Source: Candidatus Cloacimonadales bacterium (GTDB lineage Bacteria; Cloacimonadota; Cloacimonadia; Cloacimonadales; JAFGVF01). From it: a DNA stretch of 64,000 bases. Of the stretch, positions 28,486-38,924 are shown piece after piece. The stretch is taken from positions 2,432,001 through 2,496,000 of the forward strand of contig OY782781.1 of the NCBI GenBank assembly GCA_963678315.1. Reading direction: 5' to 3'. The notes beneath the pieces are model-generated. The model had not been told where the DNA came from and ran no database searches. It saw only the letters and a program-made list of their open reading frames with translations. The position numbers were made by a program, and so were the translations under genes. Numbering within the stretch: the first letter of the stretch is position 1; each line of letters begins with the position of its first letter.

Positions 28486-31400
28486 CTATGGATTACTTTG
28501 TACTGCAATTACCTTATAGAACAGTTTTGGTGTGTTCAAGGTAGAATGGCTATAACTAGTAGAGCTTGTAGAGCCAACACGTGTATTACTATTAGCTTCA
28601 AAAACAGGATTCTCTGAAGAATAGATTATATATTCTTCTATATCAATAGTATCACCATTCTCATTGATGGTTACTGGCTCCCAAGTAAGAGTTGCTTGGT
28701 CATTCTGAAAGACTAAGCTCAAATTACTTGGAGAAAGAGGCTTATATTGGCTAGTAGTAGTGCCACTTACTTCTTGAGTAAAGTTTGAGACATTACCAGC
28801 TTGGTCAATAGCTCTAATTTTGAAGAAATATTCTGTTCCCGGATTTAGTCCTGTTATCATAGTCATACTAATCTCATTACCAGCTTGAGCAAGATTTCCA
28901 TCATCAGTAGAAGACCAAAGCATATCTTGGTCCGTAACACCTGCTGTTTCTGAGTAGTAAATTTGATATGTTTCAAAGTTAAGATCATCAGAAGCAAACC
29001 AGATTAATTGTATAGTATTATCTGTTACATTATCTACAATCGCAAGCATAATATCTAGTGGAGGAGTAGTATCTATATTAAGGCTATAATCATCATCAAT
29101 ATCTTGTGAATTTTGGCTACCACTATAAGATGGACCATTACCATGAATATCATTACATCTGAATTGATATCTTAGATTACTTGCATCCACATCGAAAGTA
29201 ACCTCAACTGCAACATCAATTGTATCACTAGAAATACCAGCATCATTGTTCCATCTACTAGCTTGATATGGAATCCATTCTTCATCATAAACACCATTGC
29301 CATTAGCATCAAATATATATTGGATTGAATTCATATCTATACCGAAGAAATCATACATTTGACAGGATAAAGTAACAGTTCTTGAGTTTATAAACTCACC
29401 TTCATTATATTGTGGAGCTAAGTTAGATATCACTGGAAGATCAGATTGATTAACACTAACCACAAGTTGTGAAATATCTGATTCATTACCCAATGAATCT
29501 AGAGCTGTAATTCCATACCAATATAATGAATCATTAGAAGCTAAAGGTAAGCTAATTGTACTAGTATTTACATTTAATAAGTCAGGATAATTATCGGCTG
29601 AATATACTCGAGAATTATAATCTATCTCTTGAGAAGAATCATAGTAAATCTTATAGGATGCAAAATCCTCTTCTGTTGGAATAGTCCAAGCAAGAGTAAT
29701 GAGGTCATTGGTAATTTCTTCGACTGTTAGATTCTGAATTGTAGCAATTGGACTAGTGTCAATAGCAAGATAATAATCATCAGCTATTCCTTCTTGATTG
29801 TTGGAACCAGAATAAGTCCAAGTATCTGTTAGGAAGTCTTTAGCTCTGAATTCAAATCTTAATTCTTGACCATCAACCAAATATTCTACATTCACAAGCA
29901 CACTAATAGTATCATTAGCTTGAAGATTCTCAATTTGAATCCATTCTTCATCATAAGTGTTGTTGCCATTAGCATCAATTCTATATTCTATCAGTGGATT
30001 GATTAAATCTGAGTCAACCGCTGTTATCCCAATTTCGACACTTCTAGAATTAAAATAAGTTCCTGAAAGAGATGGGATAGGGTTTATTAAACTAGGTGTA
30101 TTTCCTAAAATAGCTATTGCTGCTTCAGACCATTGACCTACATTATCAAAGACATCAATACCTCTTATGAAGAACCAAACAGGAGCATCAAACATTAAAT
30201 CAGAGATTGTAGCAACATTAGTTTCTTGATAGTTCAATGATAAATCATCAGCGTTTGTAATTACTAAATCATCCTCATCAATAGTATCATCGTAAGAAAC
30301 AACAAGCTCATACCTAGAGAAAAATTCTTCCTGGCAAGGAGTCCATTGCAGTTCAACACTTGTAGAATCGGTTGATGCTACAGTTAAATCGATAATAGTA
30401 GATGGCGGAGTAGTATCAAGCAAAGCTCCATTAACATAAAAATCATCTATAAGCCAAGATGCACTATAATAGCTATCAGATGAAAAATACCATCTAAACT
30501 GAACATAATTTTGATTATCTAACCATTGAGAATAATCAGAATGCACAAATGTTTCTTCTACATTATCAGTGAAGACAGCTAAATCGTTCCAAGTTATGCC
30601 ATTGTTTGAGACTTGGAATCTTGCTTCACAATCAGTATTTATAGAAAATTCATGATAGAAGCCAACTTCTATATTACTGTAAGAAGAAAAATCATAAACT
30701 GGAGATTTGAGTTTCTCGTTAGACCTTCTTAAAAGAGAGTTCTCAGTTTTGTAGAAGTAGTTTCCAGAATCTTCACTTATAGCCCATGGGACAGAAGTTG
30801 TTCCTTCATGAATAACTTGCCAATCTTGAGGAGCTTGCCCTTCATGATTGAAATCTTCATTAATATAAAGAGCACCAGCTACAACAACTCTAAGTGTCTC
30901 TCTAGTGTATGCTCCTAATTCATCAGTTGCAGTAATAGTTAATACCTCTACCCCATTCCAATCATCCCAAGATTCTAAAGTTAGAACATTATCTTGGTCG
31001 ATAGAATAAAGAATGTTGCTATTTCCTGAAACTTGATAAGTTAAATCAGAATCATAATCTGTGAAATAGTCATCTAAATCACCATACTCTGTTGAGCTAT
31101 TCATCAAAACTAATCCTTGTGGTAAAGGATTTTCTAAGAAAGGATTAGCATTAACTTCAGTAATTGTATAAGTAAAGTCATATACTGTTAAGTAACCATT
31201 GCTGTTTGTAGCTCTAATACTGAAATCATAGTCACCAACAGAAGTATAGGATACTTGCCAATTAATTGAAGCACCAGCATTTCCATTATCTTGGAAACTT
31301 GCATTGTCAGGTAGAATACTAAGCATTTCAAACTCGATATCAGTATTCAAGGGATCAGAAGCTTCTATCAAAAGGTTAACTTCTTGACCTTCTGGTGAAG

Positions 31401-32547
31401 ATAAGACTTCTAACTCTGTGAAAATAGGATTTGGGTTACCTATATAGATTAATCCGCTATCAACTGAATAATCAATGACTTCTTCATTAGCTACAATTCT
31501 TTCTATTGTAAGATATGTTGAAGAAGTTTCAGCTCCAAGAACATCAAATTCTACAGCAAGTAAATTACCTGTACCTTCTAAAGGACTTGTACCAAAAAGA
31601 GCGATATCAGTATAGTTTTCATGGTTATTTAAATAACCACTATTCCAGACTTCAGTCAATGAATTAGTAAAGTCAATTTCAGAAGCTTGCAGAATATCAG
31701 TGTCATACGACAACCTAATAAGCAATGAATTAATGTTCATGTTATCGACAGAGTTAACATTGATTGGTATAGTTATTGTACTATTGAGATTCGTTGTCGT
31801 ATCAGGAATAGCTAACTCAAATACATTTTCTATATTAACATGGACAGTCTTTATATCTGTGTAAGCTGATTGATTCTCAGCTTGAAAAGTTAAATTGATA
31901 AGCTCAGCAGAACTGTAAGGTATCTGCCATTCAAATGTAGATGAGTAATCACTTGTGGAGGTCCAATTATAACCACTAATATCACTAATACATGAGAAAG
32001 TTATACTCTCGTTATTAGGATCAATAGCAGTAAGAGGAATAGATATAATTTCACCTTCCTGAACTGTAAATGTAGTATCTACTAGCAGAGTTGGAGAGTG
32101 ATTTTCTATTATAATCTCGCTATTAACAAGTGATAAGCCAGCACTGGATTCATTAACAGAAACATTATCAAATGAAACAGCTGTAGATGAAGTCTCGCTT
32201 AGCAAAGCAAAATCTAGTTCTAGCAAGAGATCAGTAATATTGACGTTTGAAATGCCATATATACTTATCAAGATATGGCCATCATCAGTAATATTATATT
32301 CTGGTCTTTCCCAATTATTCTCTACAATAGAAGAAAATCTTACTCCATCGCAAAGCAAATAGTTCGTATCATATTCTATATTAATATGCACTGAATAAGC
32401 ATCTTCTAGATTACTAACATTTAGAGGAACAGCAACTGTATCAGTTACATTCCCTTGGGCATTGCCGAGACTAAATATAGTCTCAGCAAAGCCTAAAGTA
32501 GTAAAGATTAAGAATATACTTATCCAGATAATTCTAGATAATTTCAT
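28486..32547 (-). CDS. Large secreted scaffold-like protein: two cohesin-like domains, cadherin/Ig repeats, FN3 repeats; no NYPNP-type CTD
   Basis: Cohesin patterns VAVPLNV...INIEYD and ITIPINV...LSYDTDIL...GTGNLLAVEFDV; FN3 patterns LQW/LAW/LIW...Y..YY...GLNPGTEYFFKIRAIDQAGN. Confidence 0.75.
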   Translation of the reverse strand: MKLSRIIWISIFLIFTTLGFAETIFSLGNAQGNVTDTVAVPLNVSNLEDAYSVHINIEYDTNYLLCDGVRFSSIVENNWERPEYNITDDGHILISIYGISNVNITDLLLELDFALLSETSSTAVSFDNVSVNESSAGLSLVNSEIIIENHSPTLLVDTTFTVQEGEIISIPLTAIDPNNESITFSCISDISGYNWTSTSDYSSTFEWQIPYSSAELINLTFQAENQSAYTDIKTVHVNIENVFELAIPDTTTNLNSTITIPINVNSVDNMNINSLLIRLSYDTDILQASEIDFTNSLTEVWNSGYLNNHENYTDIALFGTSPLEGTGNLLAVEFDVLGAETSSTYLTIERIVANEEVIDYSVDSGLIYIGNPNPIFTELEVLSSPEGQEVNLLIEASDPLNTDIEFEMLSILPDNASFQDNGNAGASINWQVSYTSVGDYDFSIRATNSNGYLTVYDFTYTITEVNANPFLENPLPQGLVLMNSSTEYGDLDDYFTDYDSDLTYQVSGNSNILYSIDQDNVLTLESWDDWNGVEVLTITATDELGAYTRETLRVVVAGALYINEDFNHEGQAPQDWQVIHEGTTSVPWAISEDSGNYFYKTENSLLRRSNEKLKSPVYDFSSYSNIEVGFYHEFSINTDCEARFQVSNNGITWNDLAVFTDNVEETFVHSDYSQWLDNQNYVQFRWYFSSDSYYSASWLIDDFYVNGALLDTTPPSTIIDLTVASTDSTSVELQWTPCQEEFFSRYELVVSYDDTIDEDDLVITNADDLSLNYQETNVATISDLMFDAPVWFFIRGIDVFDNVGQWSEAAIAILGNTPSLINPIPSLSGTYFNSRSVEIGITAVDSDLINPLIEYRIDANGNNTYDEEWIQIENLQANDTISVLVNVEYLVDGQELRFEFRAKDFLTDTWTYSGSNNQEGIADDYYLAIDTSPIATIQNLTVEEITNDLITLAWTIPTEEDFASYKIYYDSSQEIDYNSRVYSADNYPDLLNVNTSTISLPLASNDSLYWYGITALDSLGNESDISQLVVSVNQSDLPVISNLAPQYNEGEFINSRTVTLSCQMYDFFGIDMNSIQYIFDANGNGVYDEEWIPYQASRWNNDAGISSDTIDVAVEVTFDVDASNLRYQFRCNDIHGNGPSYSGSQNSQDIDDDYSLNIDTTPPLDIMLAIVDNVTDNTIQLIWFASDDLNFETYQIYYSETAGVTDQDMLWSSTDDGNLAQAGNEISMTMITGLNPGTEYFFKIRAIDQAGNVSNFTQEVSGTTTSQYKPLSPSNLSLVFQNDQATLTWEPVTINENGDTIDIEEYIIYSSENPVFEANSNTRVGSTSSTSYSHSTLNTPKLFYKVIAVQSNP

Positions 32548-32558
32548 AATTATACCTG

Positions 32559-35500
32559 TTATTTTAGGAGAACCATTTTCTTAAGTTTAGAAGATCCATT
32601 TTCAGTTGTGACTTTGTAGTAATAAATACCTGAAGCAAAACCTTCAGCATTCCATGTAACTTGGTTTCTTCCTGCTTGGAATTCTCTATCTGCTATTTGT
32701 GTGACTTTTTGACCTTTCACATTATACACAGTAACTTCAACATTAGCACTTTCTTTAAGGTTAAATATAATGTTTGTTTCAGGGTTAAAAGGATTTGGAT
32801 AGTTTTGTGATACACTAAAGCTAGTAACAGGGTTAATATCATCTGCATTAGCTGTAACTGCTACATTAGCAAATTCTTCATCAAATAACAGACTAGAGAT
32901 ACGTAAATCATTAACATTGATAGCTTCATTAATTTCAATTGAGATTGTGTATATTGCTTCATTAGATGCTACTTGTTGAGTTCCGAAAGAGCTAAATAAA
33001 AGAGAACCTTCTCTAGAGTTATCATTATGAGCAAAGTCTTCAACTAAAGCAGATCTATTGATTCCAAGAATATCTATCTTTGATGAATTATAAGCTATAT
33101 TACCATATAAAGAGCTAAACTCATTTGAAGCATAAACAGGAATCTCAACAATACCAGTAGTTCCATTCAATAGTGAAGAAATATCAACTACCATCTCTTC
33201 AGTATTTCTAGCTACAGGTGTCCAGTTTTTAGAAGGGTCACCAACTACTAAAGCTGAGAAGTCTTTTGTTGCATTATCAATACCTAAAGTGAAGTTATAA
33301 GTGTTTGGATTAATTAACCAATCACCAGCTTCAAATGAATCAATTAATTGCACTGAGTATTGAGCTATCAAAGAAGCATCATAGATAGTAGCATTTCCAT
33401 CATTGTTAACATCACCAGCAGTTTGTTGAAGTGAAGTAAATGTTTCTAGACCTATAGCAAATCTAGCAACTAGAGATGCATCATAAGGAGTAATAGTTAA
33501 TTCACCAATTTCAGCATCTATAGAACTTTCTAAACTGTAATCACCAGCAAACTGATTCTCAAATAGATATTCACCATTAACATCTGCAGTGAATAAACCG
33601 TCATTATCGCCTGAAAGATTAATTATTGCACCTTCTATTGGTGTAGCTTCATCATTATAATAGCTTACTGAGCCAGATATGTTGTATTGATTCTTTACTG
33701 TGATTAAACCATTGCTAGTTGTCACACTTTGACTTCCATCATTAACAATGAATTCTGTGAATGTTAGTGGTGTAGTTGCAAAATTACTAGCACCTTCTGC
33801 AACTTGTAAAGTTACATAAACTAAGTCACCAGGAACTGAGAATGCTTCAGAAGCGAAACCATTAACAGCTATTTCTCCTGGAACAGTTGTGTTAGAGAAG
33901 ATTGACCAGTTTTCACTTAAAGAAGCAATATTATCAATAGAGTTTACTGTAATTAAATTTGGGTCATAAGTTAATGTAAATTGGAATGCTGTTATATCAT
34001 AATGAGAATAAGCATTCAATAATTGTACAGGAACCACTATCTCTGAATTAGAAGCTACTTGTAATTGATCAGAAACATTTCCAGTTAATGGACCTACTTG
34101 AATAATGTAATCAGTTTCATCAGTTACTGTTGTATCTGATCCTGCATCATAGATTTCAGCAATAATCTTATATAAACCATATTCTACAGTTGATACGTTC
34201 CAATTAAATGAATCGCTATTGTTATCTTCAGATATATTCTCTGTAATAAGAATTCTTTCATCAGAACCGATAAGTTGATAATATAAACTAACTGTAGCAT
34301 CATTATCCAAGTCCAAGTCAGACCAAGTAATATTTACAGTAGTTGGATTTAAAGTTAGTTCACTTGGTGCTTCTATCGCTATTTCAGGTTCAAAGTTAGA
34401 TAATGAAGATGTTGCTTCATCAATGTTAGCTACTGCTAAATTAGCGTAATTAGTGAAACCGTCATTTGTTTGATATACCATAGCATCAACGCCATTAACA
34501 GAGCCCCACCAGTTGTGTTCTAGATCTGCAATCGCTGAAGCGTTTGTATTAGTAATTTGATATCCTTCGATTGGTATTTCATATTCTATGGCAGATAATC
34601 TACCCCAGTAACTATATACTGAGTATTGTGATAAACTAACTCTTAGTTGATTAGAAGTTCCTGGATTTGATAAAGTTACCCATGAATCAAAGCTAGTATC
34701 GTAAGATGTATTTGGTCTTTGGTATGAGTAAATTGTAGTTCCAGAACCATTATGGACATAGAAGTAATAATCATCTGAACTAGAGTTGTGATCAGCATAA
34801 CCACTTACATGTACAGATGTTATGTAATTTAATGGATATCTAGTTGTGTAGAAACTTGAGTTACCTGTTGAAGACAAATATAATTGACTAGATGGTATAG
34901 TTTCACTATCCTCGAAAGTAACTGAGCCAATATTATTGTTATAGATATTATTATAATTTGCAGTAACATTAGCTTCTGTAGAAATCATTAAAGCTGAACC
35001 AATATTATTTATAATAGTAGAATAGAGTATCTCCAAATTAGCTTGATTAGTAGCATTGCAACCAAAAACACCATTCTCAGAAATCTCTGAATAGCTAAAT
35101 GTAACATCAGAAGTTGAGTTATTTACAGATATACCATGACTATCGTTATTGGCTATAACTGCATTTTCAATATCAACAATACCACTTTCAACTCTGAAGC
35201 CAATTCCACCATTAGAAATTGATCTCACATCATTTAAGTCAAAAGAATCTGTATCATGAATATAGAAACCTTCATCTTCACATTGAGCAACAGTTACATT
35301 ATTACCGGTAACAGTTGTTCCATCAAAAACCTTAACACCATAAGTTCCACAATCAACGATATTAGCATAGTTAATGCTTACAAGTCCAGATTCAATGTTC
35401 ATACCGTAACCTAAACAATCACTAATTAACAAATTGTTCAATGAAGTTGATTCAATTGAATCTTCTATTCTCATACCATAACTTTTGCTGTGTTCAATTT

Positions 35501-35930
35501 TACAGTTATTGAGAGTTACATTTCTACCATTGATAGAAAAGCCTTTGTCAGCATATCTAATATAAGTGTGGTTTAGATTAGATATTGTTCCTGCAGAAGG
35601 AGCATTCAATGTAATTCCTGCCCAGTCCCCGTGAGCTGGAACTTCTTGGTTAGAAGTAAAGATAACAGGATTAGCACTTGTTCCTTGTGAAATTACTCTT
35701 CCGTTTATGTAGAAATTGATATCACCAATTCCATTATTATCTTGATCTATCTTAGGAATGGATATTGTCACACCAGGCATTATTGTTAAAGTAACACCTT
35801 CATCTACCCAAGTATCCCCAGTTAGTGTAAAATCTTCACTCCAAGTAATATTCTCAGAGATATGACCTGAAAATGCTGCTAGGATTGTAGTTAAGCAAAG
35901 CAATAAAACAACAAATGTACTTTTTTTCAT
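32559..35930 (-). CDS. Secreted beta-helix protein with cohesin, dockerin-like and CTD domains
   Basis: Likely start ATG 35930 (GGGAGA RBS). Parallel beta-helix repeats; cohesin IVVPVQL...AFQFTLTYDP...NGLITV; dockerin-like ITPYDASLV...GDVNNDGNATIYDASLIAQY; SQNYPNPFNPET CTD. Confidence 0.8.
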   Translation of the reverse strand: MKKSTFVVLLLCLTTILAAFSGHISENITWSEDFTLTGDTWVDEGVTLTIMPGVTISIPKIDQDNNGIGDINFYINGRVISQGTSANPVIFTSNQEVPAHGDWAGITLNAPSAGTISNLNHTYIRYADKGFSINGRNVTLNNCKIEHSKSYGMRIEDSIESTSLNNLLISDCLGYGMNIESGLVSINYANIVDCGTYGVKVFDGTTVTGNNVTVAQCEDEGFYIHDTDSFDLNDVRSISNGGIGFRVESGIVDIENAVIANNDSHGISVNNSTSDVTFSYSEISENGVFGCNATNQANLEILYSTIINNIGSALMISTEANVTANYNNIYNNNIGSVTFEDSETIPSSQLYLSSTGNSSFYTTRYPLNYITSVHVSGYADHNSSSDDYYFYVHNGSGTTIYSYQRPNTSYDTSFDSWVTLSNPGTSNQLRVSLSQYSVYSYWGRLSAIEYEIPIEGYQITNTNASAIADLEHNWWGSVNGVDAMVYQTNDGFTNYANLAVANIDEATSSLSNFEPEIAIEAPSELTLNPTTVNITWSDLDLDNDATVSLYYQLIGSDERILITENISEDNNSDSFNWNVSTVEYGLYKIIAEIYDAGSDTTVTDETDYIIQVGPLTGNVSDQLQVASNSEIVVPVQLLNAYSHYDITAFQFTLTYDPNLITVNSIDNIASLSENWSIFSNTTVPGEIAVNGFASEAFSVPGDLVYVTLQVAEGASNFATTPLTFTEFIVNDGSQSVTTSNGLITVKNQYNISGSVSYYNDEATPIEGAIINLSGDNDGLFTADVNGEYLFENQFAGDYSLESSIDAEIGELTITPYDASLVARFAIGLETFTSLQQTAGDVNNDGNATIYDASLIAQYSVQLIDSFEAGDWLINPNTYNFTLGIDNATKDFSALVVGDPSKNWTPVARNTEEMVVDISSLLNGTTGIVEIPVYASNEFSSLYGNIAYNSSKIDILGINRSALVEDFAHNDNSREGSLLFSSFGTQQVASNEAIYTISIEINEAINVNDLRISSLLFDEEFANVAVTANADDINPVTSFSVSQNYPNPFNPETNIIFNLKESANVEVTVYNVKGQKVTQIADREFQAGRNQVTWNAEGFASGIYYYKVTTENGSSKLKKMVLLK

Positions 35931-36026
35931 AAATTCTCCCAATTTAATTTATTATTTGTTTGACTATTATTTTCTAATCACAAATTTTAAGTTAAGAAAT
36001 AAATTTGTCAATGGTTAAATATTATT

Positions 36027-36767
36027 ATGAATCTAATTACTATGGAGATATGTGTTGATAGCATTAAATCAGCCCTCAATGCACAAAAAGGTGGAGCTGA
36101 TAGAATAGAACTATGTAGTAACCTAGCTGTAGGAGGAACAAGCCCTTCTTACGCTTTAATCAAGCAATGTAAAGATCTCGTCACTATCCCAACAAATGTT
36201 CTAATAAGGCCTAGAGGTGGAGATTTCACTTACAGTGATCTTGAAAAAGCTCAAATACTAGAAGATATCATCATGTGTAAGAATATTGGAGTCAATGGGA
36301 TTGTTATCGGTGCTTTAGATGATAACGGACGTTTGGATAAAGACTTTATCTGGAAATGTAAGTCAGTAGCAAAAGATTTACAGATTACATTTCATCGAGC
36401 TATTGATGTTTGCATTAATCCTCTTGATTGCTTAAATGATCTATATGAAATCGGGATACAGAGAGTTCTAACATCTGGCCAAGCTAGTAAAGCTTTAGAT
36501 GGCTTAGACAAGCTTAAACTCTTTGTTGAAGAATCCAGCAATAGGATTTCAATTATGGCTGGTTCTGGTATACGTTCACATAATATTAAACAAATAATTG
36601 AAGCTACAGGAGTAAAAGAAATTCATGCTACAGCTTTTGGGAAAGCTACTCTTAATAGAAGCTATATGAACAGAGTTCCAATGGGACATGAAAATACTTC
36701 CAATACTTACCAGGAAACATCTATTTCAGTTGTTAAAGATCTTGTTAAGGAGATTAATAGTCTATAG
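36027..36767 (+). CDS. cutC: Copper homeostasis protein CutC
   Basis: EICVDS, GADRIELC, GGTSPS, IRPRGGDF, TFHRAID, RVLTSG. Confidence 0.95.
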   Translation: MNLITMEICVDSIKSALNAQKGGADRIELCSNLAVGGTSPSYALIKQCKDLVTIPTNVLIRPRGGDFTYSDLEKAQILEDIIMCKNIGVNGIVIGALDDNGRLDKDFIWKCKSVAKDLQITFHRAIDVCINPLDCLNDLYEIGIQRVLTSGQASKALDGLDKLKLFVEESSNRISIMAGSGIRSHNIKQIIEATGVKEIHATAFGKATLNRSYMNRVPMGHENTSNTYQETSISVVKDLVKEINSL

Positions 36768-36803
36768 ATAAGTATTTGTTATCAAGAATTTATATTGCTA
36801 TTA

Positions 36804-37613
36804 TTAATCTTGTAATAGAAGAGAGTAGATATAGTTCTTTTTTACATCTAAAGACTTTGATAGTTCTTTAGCTATTCTACTATTACTCATTCCCTCTTTT
36901 TGAAGTTTCATTGCTTGTTCTATTATATATGCATCGGATATTTCTTCTTCTCTTTTTCCTTCAATTACAAGAACAAATTCTCCTTTTAGCTTAATCTCAT
37001 CAAAATTATTCAAGTAATATGAGAGTGTATTTCTATAGACACTTTGATGTAATTTGCTAATTTCTCTAACTATAGCTATATTCCTATCTCCAAGTATGTT
37101 ATATATCTCATTTAAAGTTTTTTCCAATGCGTGTGGAGATGCATAAAAGACTAATGTTTCTTTTAATTCTTTGCAATAATTTAGTAAAGAATCTTTGTCT
37201 TTATTTTTATCAGGTAAGAATCCTATAAATGTAAAGGCATTAGTATCTAGACCAGAAATAACTAAAGCTGGAATTACCGCAGTAGCTCCTGGCAAGACAT
37301 CAATTTTAATCTTGTTTGAAATAGCTTCTTTAATAATATAGGAGCTTGGATCAGATATACCAGGCGATCCTGCATCTGAGATAACAGCTATATTTTTGCC
37401 TTCTTTCAGTTTACTTACTAGCTCTACACTACGTTTGGATTCATTAAACTTATGATAAGAGATTGTCGGTGTTTTTATATCGAAATATGATAACAACTTA
37501 CCAGAAGTTCTAGTGTCTTCACAAGCAATTAGATCAACTTCTTTTAATACTTCCAGAGCTCTAAGAGTGATATCTTTTAAATTTCCTATAGGTGTTGGAA
37601 CAATATACAGCAT
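36804..37613 (-). CDS. rsmI: 16S rRNA C1402 2'-O-methyltransferase
   Basis: LYIVPTPIGNLKDITLRA, CEDTR, SDAGSPGISDP, REISK, KGEFVLV. Confidence 0.95.
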   Translation of the reverse strand: MLYIVPTPIGNLKDITLRALEVLKEVDLIACEDTRTSGKLLSYFDIKTPTISYHKFNESKRSVELVSKLKEGKNIAVISDAGSPGISDPSSYIIKEAISNKIKIDVLPGATAVIPALVISGLDTNAFTFIGFLPDKNKDKDSLLNYCKELKETLVFYASPHALEKTLNEIYNILGDRNIAIVREISKLHQSVYRNTLSYYLNNFDEIKLKGEFVLVIEGKREEEISDAYIIEQAMKLQKEGMSNSRIAKELSKSLDVKKNYIYSLLLQD

Positions 37614-37651
37614 GCAGTTTCCTTTTATAAAATATTCATTTCATAATTAGT

Positions 37652-37690
37652 AATAAGCTGAAACATCCGTCAAGGACATTTCAGCTTATT
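37652..37690. terminator. Terminator-like hairpin downstream of kbl
   Basis: AATAAGCTGAAA / TTTCAGCTTATT arms. Confidence 0.6.
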
Positions 37691-37723
37691 ATATTTTAAA
37701 TATAAGTTAAAAACATCTTCTAA

Positions 37724-38911
37724 TTAGATTAATTCCATCTCTTTACCAATTTCGATGAATGCATTGATAGCTTTGTCAAGCATCTCTTTAGTATGAGCTG
37801 CTGATAATTGAACTCTAATTCTAGCTTTGCCTTTTGGAACAACTGGATATACGAATCCAATAACATAAATTCCTTTAGCAAGAAGTCTGTTAGCAAATTC
37901 TACTGCTTTTGGAGCATCATAAATCATAACAGGTACGATAGCTGTATCACCTTTAACTATATCAAAGCCAGCTTTAATCATTTCAGCTCTAAAATAGTTT
38001 GCATTATCCCATGTCTTTTCAATAATTGAAGGATCGTTTTGGATTAACTCAAGAACTTTCATTGTTCCACCAACAACTGATGGAGCAACTGTGTTTGAGA
38101 ATAAATAAGGTCTAGAACGCTGTCTAAGAACTTCAATAATCTCTTTTCTACCAGAAGTACAACCACCATTTGCACCGCCAAGAGCTTTACCGAATGTTGT
38201 TGTGATAATATCAACTCTATCTTGAACACCACAAGCTACGTGAGTTCCTTTACCACCTTTGCCAATATAGCCAGTAGCATGAGAGTCATCAACCATAACT
38301 AATGCATCATATTTGTCAGCTAAATCACATATTTCTTTTAATTTAGCAATATCTCCATCCATAGAGAAAACACCATCAGTACAAATTAGTCTATATTTAG
38401 CATCTTGTGCATCTTGTAATTGTTTTTCAAGATCAGCCATATCAGAGTGTTTGTATCTATATCTTTGAGCTTTACAAAGTCTAACACCATCAATAATAGA
38501 AGCATGGTTTAGTTCATCAGAAATGATTGCACCTTCTCCATTTAATAGAGGTTCAAAAACACCACCATTAGCATCAAATGCAGCAACATAAAGAATTGTA
38601 TCTTCAGTACCTAAGAATTCAGAAACTTTCTTTTCAAGTTCTTTATGAATATCTTGAGTACCACAAATGAATCTAACAGAAGAGAGACCATAGCCTCTAT
38701 CGTCCATGATATCTTGTGCAGCTTTTACAACTTCTGGATGGTTAGCTAAGCCAAGATAATTGTTAGCACAAAAGTTCAATACTTCTGAACCATCTTGAAG
38801 TTTAATATTGCCACCTTGTGGACTTGCAATAATTCTTTCATCTTTATAAAGACCTTGTTCTTTCAACTCTGTAAATAATTGTTGAAGATCTGTTTTCATT
38901 TGCTTAAACAT
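37724..38911 (-). CDS. kbl: Glycine C-acetyltransferase (2-amino-3-ketobutyrate CoA ligase)
   Basis: [57 protein letters not shown]. Confidence 0.95.
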   Translation of the reverse strand: MFKQMKTDLQQLFTELKEQGLYKDERIIASPQGGNIKLQDGSEVLNFCANNYLGLANHPEVVKAAQDIMDDRGYGLSSVRFICGTQDIHKELEKKVSEFLGTEDTILYVAAFDANGGVFEPLLNGEGAIISDELNHASIIDGVRLCKAQRYRYKHSDMADLEKQLQDAQDAKYRLICTDGVFSMDGDIAKLKEICDLADKYDALVMVDDSHATGYIGKGGKGTHVACGVQDRVDIITTTFGKALGGANGGCTSGRKEIIEVLRQRSRPYLFSNTVAPSVVGGTMKVLELIQNDPSIIEKTWDNANYFRAEMIKAGFDIVKGDTAIVPVMIYDAPKAVEFANRLLAKGIYVIGFVYPVVPKGKARIRVQLSAAHTKEMLDKAINAFIEIGKEMELI

Positions 38912-38924
38912 TAGGGTTCCTCCA

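Noticed and set aside
14807..35930. Diversity-generating retroelement or integron array explaining the secreted-gene cluster
   Set aside because: No reverse transcriptase, TR/VR pair, integron integrase or attC-like repeats between successive genes were seen.
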